A program made the position numbers and the translations under genes. 64,000 nucleotides of DNA from Geosiphon pyriformis uo1 (Eukaryota > Fungi > Glomeromycota). Positions 26,783 through 38,373 of this stretch are shown here, piece by piece. The notes under the pieces were generated by a model. The model searched no databases, had not been told where the DNA came from, and saw nothing but the letters and a program-made list of their open reading frames with translations. The first letter of the stretch is position 1; each line of letters opens with the position of its first letter. Location of the stretch: contig JAAOMT010000240.1 of assembly GCA_016748015.1 (NCBI GenBank), positions 83,383-147,382 on the forward strand, written 5' to 3'.

Positions 26783-26929
26783 TAGTGGTACGCAAAAGAG
26801 GTTACTCTAGAAGATTATCTATTTAAATTTTGCTCAATAAAAAATAGGTTTATATTACGTTACACTATAATTGGAAACCTGATATCTGTCCAAACAGCAA
26901 ATCCTAATTCACGCATTCTGTCAAGAAAT

Positions 26930-28738
26930 ATGTCAAGCTCAATTTCCAAAAATTTCGGTGCGAGCGATCAGTTCTCTCACACGATAAAGGATCCGCTCAA
27001 TGCGAGGTCTTTGCCAGTTCAACCAGCTTCGCATATGACGATTGATCCAGCGGTGGAATTCTTCTGTAAGTGGTCTTTCTTAAGAGTTATTTATATTTCT
27101 TTTCACTCGCTTTTCTCACAAGTTCATCTAGATAAGTCGCATACCTTGACTGTTTTAACCGCTATGTTATCTGTTCTCGTCTATGTTGCTATATCTCCTG
27201 AACATGATGACACCACGACCAACATCAGATTGTAAGTTACGATATTACTTCATAATCTATTTTATCTTTTTAAGCATTTAGTTGTTGTTTTTTTCATTTT
27301 GTAGTGGAGCGGGAGCAACAATCTTCTTTTTTCTTCTTTTTGCAATGTTGCAATTTCGAGACGGTCCTTTCATTCGTCCACATCCGGCAATATGGCGAAT
27401 CGTCATGGGATTCGGAGTTTTATACCAGTTGTTTCTCGTTTTCCTGGTGTTTCAGGTATATTCAAGAATTTTTAAATTCAATCAGAAATATTGATAGAGA
27501 TTAATACTTCAAAAATTAACCTTTGGCTAATTAGAACAAACGTGATGCCAGATACATCTTCGCTTGTATTGATTCGAAACTAGGATTCCCTTTGCCTGAA
27601 CGCTCCTATGCCGAAAATTGCGATTTGACATGGGAAAATATGAAAGTAAGCCAAATTCTCAAATGCTACCAATAAAGTTTGATGATAATTCAGAAGCGAT
27701 ATCCTTTGAATTGATTCATATGCATTTGTAAGAACCAAATGGACATTTTTGTTATATATCATATGATTGGATGGTATGCGAAAGCAGTTGTACTACGAGA
27801 TTACTGGTTTTGTTGGATTCTTTCGATTATGTTCGAAGTAATGGAGTATTCGCTACAGCATCAACTACCCAATTTTGCCGAATGTTGGTGGGATCATGTA
27901 AGCGTTCTATTTTATTGTTTCATCTAACTTCACGAAAATTAATGATATAATAAAGCTTGTTTTTTTTTTTGATCTTAGTGGATTTTAGATGTGCTGATAT
28001 GTAATTGGGGCGGTCTGTATCTTGGCATGAAAACATGTGAATACTTTGAAATGAAGGGGTATTCCTGGCGAGGTGTTAAAGAAATCCCTTCACTGAAGGG
28101 GAAAGTGAAAAGAACCGTTCAACAATTTACACCGCAGAGCTGGACTAAATTCGAATGGGGGGCCACACAAAGTTTCAAAAACTTTATGGCCGTTCTGGGA
28201 CTTTTATTCCTCGTATCCTTGACATTATTACCGAGTGTTGTATTTGTTTCGACATCTTTTTTGCTGTTACATTCATTAACTCTCGACTCGTATATCTAAA
28301 AGTTCTTGCAAGCTGAGCTTAATTCTTTCTATCTTAAATACCTTTTATGGATTCCACCAGAACATCCGCTTAACGCAATAAGAGCCGCTCTTCTGTTTTT
28401 CTGCTCAATGCCGGGCGTGCGAGAGGCGTATCAATATTTAACTGACAAGTAACCAATTAATAGTCATATCCAAATGTGATTATGGTAAATTTGTTTCTGA
28501 TTATAATCTTATCTAAATCATATTTTTTAGAAATTGTAAACGATTCGGACCTCAAGCTTGGCTTGCAATCGCCAACATTATGACAGAGTCAGTGATAATC
28601 TTCAAGTTCAGTCGAGGAGAGTTTCCGGATCCTGCACCAACTCACGTTATTGTATTTTGGAGTCTTTTGATGACTGCGCTTGTCGGCTACGCGATTGTGC
28701 AGTTTGCTTCGCCGAATAGGCAGAAAAAGTCTAATTGA
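26930..28738 (+). CDS. PTDSS: Phosphatidylserine synthase, base-exchange (PTDSS/PSS family)
   Basis: [83 protein letters not shown]. Confidence 0.92.
28213..28302 (+). other. U12-type GT-AG intron in PTDSS
   Basis: 5' GTATCCTTG, branch-like TTCATTAAC at 28272-28280, 3' AAAG. Removal restores LLFL|[12 protein letters not shown]. Confidence 0.75.
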
Positions 28739-29634
28739 AAGGAAAATGTTTTAGAATTGGTCTTGAAAATTTGGAAATCTCATTGGAATTGTTTTTATTA
28801 ACTCTAAAATTTCAACGGTATCTTATGGATCAAACGGTTGAGGTCCTTTGTATAGGACTAGGTACGATTTCGGGTTTGTGCAGGATTGGAGGAGTAAAGC
28901 TATGCTAAACTTCTGTTGATCTGCATCAAGCAACACTAAATCAAGGCTTTAAGGCACTCGAAAACATGGTAAAATTTTCAAACCTTGATTGTGTCAAGTC
29001 ATTACCTACAAGGAGTGATTATAAATTAGAAACACTGATTTATCTCAATTTTTTATAGATAATTTGTCATTGCAGCTTGTTACTTCAAAATATACAGTAT
29101 TTGAGCTGAAAATTAAAAAAAAAAACAGATTTCGGAATTTCCTCAAACAAACAAATAATGTTCAATAAAAAATTTAAAATCAGAATAAAAAAAATTTTTA
29201 ATTTGGTAATTGAATATTTCAGTTTTTGGCATAAGTTATATTTTCGATTATTATTATTATTATTATTATTATTACTTGGCAAATTATCAACTATAAATTT
29301 GATTGAAATTGATTTGACAACAAAATATATTGAAATATAATTAAATTTTTATTATAAGTTGGCAAAATAAATTCGCGTACGAAAATAAGACATAAATTAT
29401 TAACTTCGTCACAATAGCTCCATTCGTCATTTCACCCCCTTTTACCTTACATAATATTGGTTATCAAAAAAATAGGTAAATACCAAAAAATGTGTGTATA
29501 TCCAATGGATTAATATAACAGTTAAATTTACATTATTTTCGTTATTATTGAATATTTCCGAAATTACTGATTCAATATAAATAGAATATTCCCGATACTA
29601 AAAAAGACTAATTAGCCGGCACATAATTCTAATT

Positions 29635-31563
29635 CTAAGTATCAATTTCATCGCCACCTGCTTCTTCTTCGTTTATTTCTTCCCTTGGTCGTTTGCGACT
29701 GGGAGACAAATTTGTCGTTTTTGATAAGTCTCGTACTCCATGCCTCTAAATTAATCGGATACCAAGTTAGATGGTCGAAAAAGAAGAAATGAAAGTAAAT
29801 GTGTGCGGGATCTACCCAAAACTCTTCATCGTACCGTAATCTCATAAGCCACAGTTTGTTCTTCTAAATTTGGAGATTTGACTAGATGGGCGTATCTAAG
29901 ATTAAAACAAAATTTAGAACACGAGTGATGTGTAATATAAAATATATCTGAGAAAAAAGAAGATTAGTAAATAGATAAATGGTCTCACCGAATATCATCC
30001 CTCCAATATAAAACCACACGATTGGTACACTGATGAGCCCAACTCTCGCCTTTTATAGAAAAAAACTGAATAAATAATATAATTTTATCTCACAAAAATA
30101 ATTACCCTTTATAGTATACCCAGAGCCGGAACAAGCGCAGGTTGATTCGTAACTAAACTTCCAGTATTGAGGCCGAACCTTGTAGTCATCTGGTTCATGA
30201 GAACGATCTAAAATTCAAAAAAGGATTCAATAAAAGAATAGTATTTACGGTTATATATGAATTCCTCACTATTTTAGTTTTGAAAATAACCTACCGCGAG
30301 TTGAAACTTATGCGCGTGCTTAGTGAGATCTTGAGCTAATCCGTTCAATAATCGCGTGCGTAACGCCATATCACTAAAGGTTTGACGAAAATGAAACGCG
30401 ATCGAGTCGATTACAACCAGTTTTACCTGCATTTGAAGATATCAAAATTAATTAATTTCTTTCGTTTTAAATAATAACATGAATCCCCATTTAAAAGTCT
30501 AAAAATCAATTGATTAACGTATAAGAACCTCAGGATGTTCCTTTAGAAAATCGTCGAGAACTTTGACGACAGCCAATAGTTCAACATATTCGTGAACTCG
30601 AAAGTAATGGATTTTGGACAAGATGGTATTAACGTCCAACAGCGGATCTGTGCTTTCCAAGGAGAATGAGAATAATTTGGTTGGGAGAAAATTATGTGAG
30701 ATTGATCCATACCTGTGGAATCTTTCAGATGCTCATTTAAACTGCTGACCGTGCTAATGGCGATTTCTTGAACGCGTTTAGCAATAAAACTTCCTTCAGT
30801 ATCTATTTGATTTAAAAATAAAGGGTAAATAATCAAATACTGTTTTTACCGACAGGCGAAATTCACTCAGATAATTACCAATATAAATAGCTTCACCACC
30901 TGGTCCAGACAGACTTTTTGGGATCTGCACATTAACAGCTAGTTGCATCCTATAAAGAAAAAATTCAAATAACAAAAAACATGAATAGATACATAAATCT
31001 CAAATTTATTTTCAAAATAAGAATCATACACACCCAAGCTGTGTTTTCCCGATACCAGGTGCACCGCAAAACTCGGTGATCTTTCCAATGGGCACACCAC
31101 ATCCGCCTAACATCTCATCCATTGCGAGACACGAGGTTGATATGGGACATCGTTGAATGTCGCGTTCTAATGCTTCTGCTGCGGATAAGGATTCGATTTT
31201 AACTTTACAAATGGAAGGATAAGATCACCCAATGAAAAAAAAAAGTTTTCATCAACTCAATTAATAATGATTTGACAAAATATAATCATATCCTTGAAAA
31301 GAAACAAACTTTTTTTGTATTTTTGGATAAGATTTAGGCTTTGCTCTGTTGATATACCAAGATCTATCCGAAAAAAAAAATCAGAAAGATTTGGATATTA
31401 ATTTGACAAAAGTTGAACTTGTTCGGAGACAAAGTCCACCTTTACTCAGTGCAACCGGTGAGGTTTCTTGTAAGTCTTTCACCGTTTGATAGCCAGCGTT
31501 AAGAAGTTTTCCGCGAATATTTGGGCTCAATGGCAGTGAGGATATTGGCCTTAAATTGCTCAT
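29635..31563 (-). CDS. RAD51C: RAD51 paralog C, multi-exon
   Basis: [48 protein letters not shown] (Walker A); IDTEGSF; VKLVVIDSIAFHFR (Walker B); LVPALGESWAH. Confidence 0.92.
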
Positions 31564-31837
31564 GGTAGATTTTATATCTTTTTATTTTACCTTGAAGTCA
31601 GTGGAGAATAATAAGATAATATTCTTTAGAGATGATGATTAGGAATCAACGCATTACAAAACATGACTGATAATCGAAAACATTTTCAGATCAAGACGCG
31701 ATCAAAATGAATTATATACGCGTCCAAGATAAATCAGGCATATCAGGTTACGCATTAGAATCATGACTATTTGCGACATGAAACATGAAATTCTTTTTTT
31801 TTTCTATAATCAAATCTATTTAAAACAAATTTCCCAA

Positions 31838-32393
31838 TTATATAGAAGACAGGAAATCCGTCAACGAGAACTCGGTCAAATTATCAAATCCACCACTCCC
31901 ACCACCATCACCAGCATAATCTCGTTTCTCTTTATTCAAAGCGTTAGCCAAATCTAGTTTCTTTTTCTTTTTACGTGACGATTTCGGTGATGCCATCTTT
32001 GAGGAATTGGCCTTAGAATCACCAACAACAACTCCGCTAATTGGTTCGGGATTAATCATATTTATCAATTCTTTTTGAAACTTTTTGGGTTTTTCTTTCT
32101 TTCGTTTGGGAAGTTTAATACTTCCAGGCCACCTTGTTTCACGATTACATAATTGACACAAGTATGAAACATGGTTTTTACGAGTAAGACGAGACTTTTT
32201 CTTTGCTTTTTTTGGAAGATGTAGGGAAGAGGACTTTGATAAAAAGGTGGAAGGGAGTGAACTTTGGGAATTTTGTTTTGTTTGAGTCATGTATATTAAT
32301 TGACGGAAATTAGAGAATTTTTTTAAGGGTGTTTTTAACAACGCTTCTATTTAGTAAAAGAAAAGTGATTAATAAAGATTAAATTGTTTAAAG

Positions 32394-32438
<45 letters not shown>

Positions 32439-33040
32439 GAACCTTCTTCACTTGGAATTCTTTCACATTGACCTAAATCAATGATTTCCTTATCCTCGTG
32501 ATCTTTAAAATTTCCCATTTCACTTGCGCTTGATTTTTCATGATCATCTTCTTTATTCGGTTTTCCGGTATCAACATCCATTGGTAATATATTCAATCCC
32601 ATTTCATCATTTTTTTCCCCTAAAGTTTTGTCTTCACAAATACTATTTTTAACGAGCAACATGCCATCTGCACCTTTTTTGTTGTAACCACTATCCTCCT
32701 TCTTATCCTCCTCGTTAAAAGTATCAACCACTTCACGTCGCTTCTTAAATTCTTTCCCTTTCCTGTTTCTTTGACCTTCTCTTTTTAAAACATTCCTTTT
32801 CCCATTTTTGCCAATCCAAACCTTGCAACTAACCCCAGGGACGAAGAGATTCCCGCAATAATTACAATATACTCGTTTTACCACATCTGACAAATTTAAG
32901 TTTTTTTGAACTGCCTGCTTTTTGAATTCAGACAGGTAGAAGGCAGATAGATTCGGGGCATTAGGAAATACTGTATGGGCTGCGGACCAGAGAAAGCGAA
33001 GTCGAGCGTTTCCCAGCGATGAAGAGGGTTTCTGTGTCAT
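31838..33040 (-). CDS. Rpr2/Rpp21/Snm1-family zinc-ribbon protein, probably the RNase MRP-type (C18orf21-like) paralog; 2 exons
   Basis: RLRFLWSAA..LSAFYL..KRVYCNYCGNLFVPG..NHVSYLCQLC; lysine-rich tail ending SLTDFLSSI; intron 32347-32442 carries a (TTA)n run. Confidence 0.75.
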
Positions 33041-33728
33041 TTTTAGACTAACAAGCAAGGGTGATAAGGCACAGAAATTATAGCAGTTCTGACCAATCAA
33101 GAGGACAGATCTTTTCGCTTCACGTGAATTAAATATGTGTTACGTAGAAACATTAGATAGTAATTAGTAAAAATTAAATTAATAAATAAAGTTTATTTAT
33201 ACAATAAAAATTATAACAAGTTTTTCTTAATTAAATAAATTGAATTAAAAATTTTTTTTTTTTTAAAACAAATAAAAAAAAGCTCAATAAATTGTCAAAT
33301 ATTTACTTCAATTATAAATAATTTGTAAATTATTTTATTTTAGTTCGTATAATTTGAAATATTAAATAACTTAATAAATAAATAAACAAATAAAACAAAG
33401 GTATTTTTTAAACACTGAATCTTTTAAATTTTTTATTTACAAGTGTATTTATTTTTCGAGACTTGGAATAACTTTAAAACTAATAAAAGATAAATTAATT
33501 TAAAAATTCAGGATTTTTAATTTGTTTTGAGTGCAAGTATTTGTCGCAAGTAATTTTAAAAAAAAAATTCCAATTAAAAAGTTTAAATAATAAAAAATTG
33601 ATTGATAAAAAAATTTTTTTTTTCCAAAGTTATAGATTTTTTATTTAAATTTTTTTCGGATGATTTTTGAGATTAAAACCTGAGACAAATTTATTTTTCA
33701 GAAATATACATATATATTACCGTCCAAA

Positions 33729-34290
33729 ATGCTAAATCTCAACCTCAGCCTCAACCTCAACCTCAACCTCAAATTTAGCCCTAACTTTAATTCTAAATCA
33801 AAAACCAAGACAAATTTTCAAAATTTTCTTCGTGACCATTTTGTTTGCATTTGTTCCCGATTCTGGTCTAACTAATTATCCTAATGACCTAGACTTTGCT
33901 ACAACTCCCACAATTTTCGACCCTACAGGATTACAACAATACGCGGAACTTCCTCAATCATCCGTCACTCCTCCTCCTCCTCCTCCTCCTCCTCCTCAAG
34001 TTAACCCCGATCAAACAAAAAATCCTCAACAGGGGCACAATTTCAAATAGTCAATCAAATCCTCGTAAAGATCAGGTCAACGGGAGTGACAATAACAGTC
34101 AACCAAAAAAGTCTTCAAATAGTGAACCATATTTACAAGAGGTACCTCTCGAAGATATGCCTCAATTTTTAATTGATCATTTTCGCCCTTCGAATTAAAT
34201 TTCAATTGACACACATATAAAGTTTGCAGAGTTTAAAGTTCATGTAAAACTGGAAAGTCAATTTGTTCCAGCTTCGATTTCAATAGGTTA
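33729..34290 (+). pseudogene. Frameshifted gene remnant (hydrophobic signal-like stretch, poly-Pro), product unknown
   Basis: KIFFVTILFAFVP..(CCT)n poly-Pro in one frame and SNSQSNPRKDQ..YLQE|gt in another. No continuous ORF from the ATG. Confidence 0.35.
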
Positions 34291-34540
34291 ACATTTAAAC
34301 ATTGAAAATATCTGACAAGAGTAGAAACTAATATTAAAAATTGTCATTTTGTTAACCAAAAGTGTCCCAATTCAACATTTATGAATAGTGCAACTTTTAA
34401 TTTAAAAAACCAAATAACAATAATAAATCTTGGTTTTACCCAACTAATAATTTTTTGAAAAAAAAAAAAAAAACAATCAAAGTTCAGAATTCATGCAATA
34501 TAGCTACAGATATGATATGTATTAAATAAGCTCACATTTT

Positions 34541-34988
34541 TATTATCATACTAAAGGAAAGTCTTTAAAAATACATCTATAAAGTTTTAACATTGATTGC
34601 GAGTTTCTAAAAGTTTTTAGGTCTATAGGCTATAGGGCCATTATAATTTCCATTGCTGTTTCCATTGAAATTCCCTTTCGAATTGTTGCCATTATTTGTT
34701 CCTATTTTTAGCATAAAACGCAAGCACAAGTAGAAATCAATTTTAGCTTTTCATTTCAATCATGCATGATTGAAATGAAAAGCTAAAATTGATTTCTACT
34801 TGTGCTTGCGTTTTATGCTAAAAATAGGAACAAATAATGGCAACAATTCGAAAGGGAATTTCAATGGAAACAGCAATGGAAATTATAATGGCCCTATAGC
34901 CTATAGACCTAAAAACTTTTAGAAACTCGCAATCAATGTTAAAACTTTATAGATGTATTTTTAAAGACTTTCCTTTAGTATGATAATA
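34541..34988. repeat. Perfect 448-bp palindrome (224-bp arms, no spacer)
   Basis: Centre CATG|CATG at 34764/34765. Arms read as exact reverse complements out to 34541 and 34988. Confidence 0.95.
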
Positions 34989-37900
34989 GACTTTTTTTAG
35001 AAAATTGAGGAAACTCATTGCATATTATAACTTATTGATCCCTTGAATTTTCAAATACCCGTACCTTACGATATTAAAATGCCAAAATGGCCTTACTTTT
35101 TCATTTTAAGTCATCAAAGATAGCAGATCTGCCTTTTTGAAAATTGGCGCCAAATTTTTTATTTAGGATTATAACCGTTTTTGCTACCGTAAATGCAAGG
35201 AGAATCCGATATATTAGGCTAACAGGCTTAGGTTATTGTTAAATTTGACGAATTACGATAATTAAGATGTTTTCAAATTGGAAAAAATTACTTTCCAAAT
35301 TTGCCTAATTTATGTCAGCGAAATTCAAAGATTGTTTTTTTTTGGTATTTAAAATATAACCAAATAGAATCAGTAATTGGTATTTCTATCTTCAAAAATT
35401 TCTATAATACTGTTTATGATTATCTTGAAAGACTTTTTTGAAAAAATTTTATGAAATGTCAAAAAAATTTAAAATAGTTATATAAATTCTTTGCTGAACG
35501 AAAGAAATCTTGGGTTATGAAATTTTTTAGTGAAAATTTTATCAAATATACAATAAAAAACCTTTGAAAAAAAGTTTTTTTTTTTTTTAAAACCAAATTT
35601 ATATATCTTTTTGGGAAAATGGCTTGATATATGTCGAACATATACAGTATGTGACAACTTTTACAGTTTTATGAGTATCAAATTTAAGCTTATGTAACAT
35701 GTTCCAATATTTTGTTGTAAATATAATACCGAGATATATTTTATTCATATTCATATTCATATTCTCATGCTGATTTCTTTTCTCAAAAGTAAAATTTTAC
35801 ACTTAAAGCTCATGATTGCAACAAATGCAAAAATTTCCATGTGTTATTTGCCAATTTTTATTTTTTAAAAAGCTATATAAGAATTGCTTAAACAGAAACC
35901 AAGCAATTGATAAAATAATTAATTAAACATCCAATTCATAAACCAGAAAAAAATGAATTTTTTATGTTGCAAAAAAAAAGAATTTGGTATTGTTTATAAA
36001 GTGTAAAAACATTATGGTAAAATAAGTTTTTAAAAATAAAATTCATAAAACAATTTTGAAAATATATTAGCAATTTTTAAAGAAATAATTCTTTTTGTTA
36101 AATATTTTTTTATTTTTTAATTAAAATTTTATTAAATTAAGAAAATTATATCAAAAGTAAAAAAAATTTAAAACTTTTATAATAATAAAATTATAAATAA
36201 AAAGTTATAATTATTTAAGAAAAAACAAAATCATAAAATAAATTAAAGAAAAATATTAATTAATTAAAATTAAATCAAATTTTTATTTAAAAACAATGGC
36301 TTATATTTTTTTTTACTCATTTAGCTGGTTCCCCAATAATACTTGTATACAATAAAGGATTGTATAAGCTATAGACTATTATGCACTGATACTTTCCATT
36401 ATTTTTTAATAATGATTTTTATATTTTTGAAATCTAATGTATTATATTTTTATTAATTTAGTATTGCTTTTGAAGGAGTTGATGGCTTATATAATATAAA
36501 AGCAATCAAAATAGATAAGGAGTAGCCACTTAATCCAGATCAGATTAAAAAGAAAACTCGAAAAAGAGTCATTTCCTCTTTATCAGCATTTATATTCTAG
36601 GAAAGAATTTAATCCTTGTTCAAAAAATTATTTGGGAAAAATCAGAAGTTCTTTAATATTAGAAATATAGTTGGCGAAGTGCCCAATTTTAGAACTTTTT
36701 ATACTCATTTGCAAATTTTAGCAACAAAATTATTATATTTTACTGTAACACTCTGTCGATTGGATTAAAAGAGAAAATAATTCCCTAATTCTAGATAAAG
36801 GTTTTTCATTTGCCTCAAAATATTTTGGCCAACATAAAGTTCATGTCTTATTTTCTTGAAGATATATTTATAATGACGAGAAGTTTATTAATCCCTTTAA
36901 AGACTATTTAATTGAACACTACGCGAAAGAGCTAAAAAAAAAAAAAACTTTTCCCACTTTACAAAAACTTTATTTATGCATGATTCTTTCAAAAAGTTAT
37001 AAAAATTCTGCACCGAAATAGCTATTAAAAAAAATTTAGCTATAGCCTTCAACTCGCAAGATTTCACCTCCTTTAATGAAAATACTCTTTTCTCAATTTT
37101 AACCTAAATCTAAAATAGGGGAGTTGCTAAATTAGATCCAAATATTCAGAGAGAAAAAGTTCTTTAATAGACAGATGAAAACTTTAAAACCTTTAAGGAA
37201 TCCAATCGAAAGACTTCTACCTTTAATCCGTTTTTTTTTTTACATATCTTCAGTTAGACTTTTATCACAAAATAAAACCATTTGCGAGAATCTTACCTGA
37301 AACTTTAGTTGAAAGATCTTTTTATATCATTATCTTATACCGGTTAATTATCAAAGTCTTTAGTTACTCAGTCATTACGTTTTTCTCAATTAAATATTTA
37401 TTTAATCGTATAATATAAAATAGCTTGATTATTGGATTTAAGGCAAAGACAAAAATACTCATTTTGGAAATCAACTTTAATTCGTTACTTCAAGGCAGTC
37501 AAGATAAATTCACTCCAGCCAATTTTCATTAATAGTTAGTGTAATCCAAGTGAAAGGAACTTGGAAGCTAATTAGGAGCAATCGTAGCACTCTAAGAATG
37601 ATTTGACAAACAAAAAAAAATCATTTCTTCAAAAAAAACTCCCCCCCCCCAAAAAAAATATCGAAAAGTAAAATTTTTATTACATCTATTTGGATCTAAA
37701 GTGATTAATAAACCAAACATATCATGTTATGTCAACAATTAAATTTTAGAGAACAGAATAATGATTTGAAATTTTTCAATTATCAATGGTATTAATAAAA
37801 AATTATTATTCATAACCACATTGCTAAAAAAAAAAATAACGTAATTTGAACTTGAAAAAAAACATTTTGTAATGCTTTTTTAAATAAAATAAATTTAATT

Positions 37901-38373
37901 ATGAATAAATTTTGCAATTCATGTAAAATAATATTAAATTTGATTAATTTATTGATATTGTATCTGAAATGATAAATATGTACATATATAGAACAAATAA
38001 ATGTTTTATAAAAATTTCATAATCAATAAAAATTCTTTTATTAAAATTTAATTAAATTCAAATTTTAAGTTTTAATGAAAAATATACAACTCAAATTTTT
38101 TTAGTATTTATTTTAGTGTATAAATCTTAAAATTTTAATATACATAACAATTAATTATATGACAATCCTTAATTTCCAATCTTTCAAAATATTGAAAATC
38201 AATTTTCAGAAATATATATATCGGATCATTTTTCATTTAAAAAATTTGGTTGACGTTCAAACCAAAGCAAACCTAAATTATATGGTACTTTGTCCCAAAT
38301 AAGATCATTATTCTCCAGTAATCTTAAACTCAATTTACAAGCTTAACATTAATCAACCCTGTTTGTGAATCAA

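Noticed and set aside
27699-27707. ATATCCTTT inside a PTDSS intron, a possible second AT-AC intron
   Set aside because: It lies within an ordinary GTAAGC..AG intron that already restores the frame, and there is no downstream U12 branch site.
8528-31563. RAD18, RAD51C and other nucleic-acid genes as a functional cluster
   Set aside because: They are interspersed with unrelated housekeeping genes, which fits ordinary gene order.
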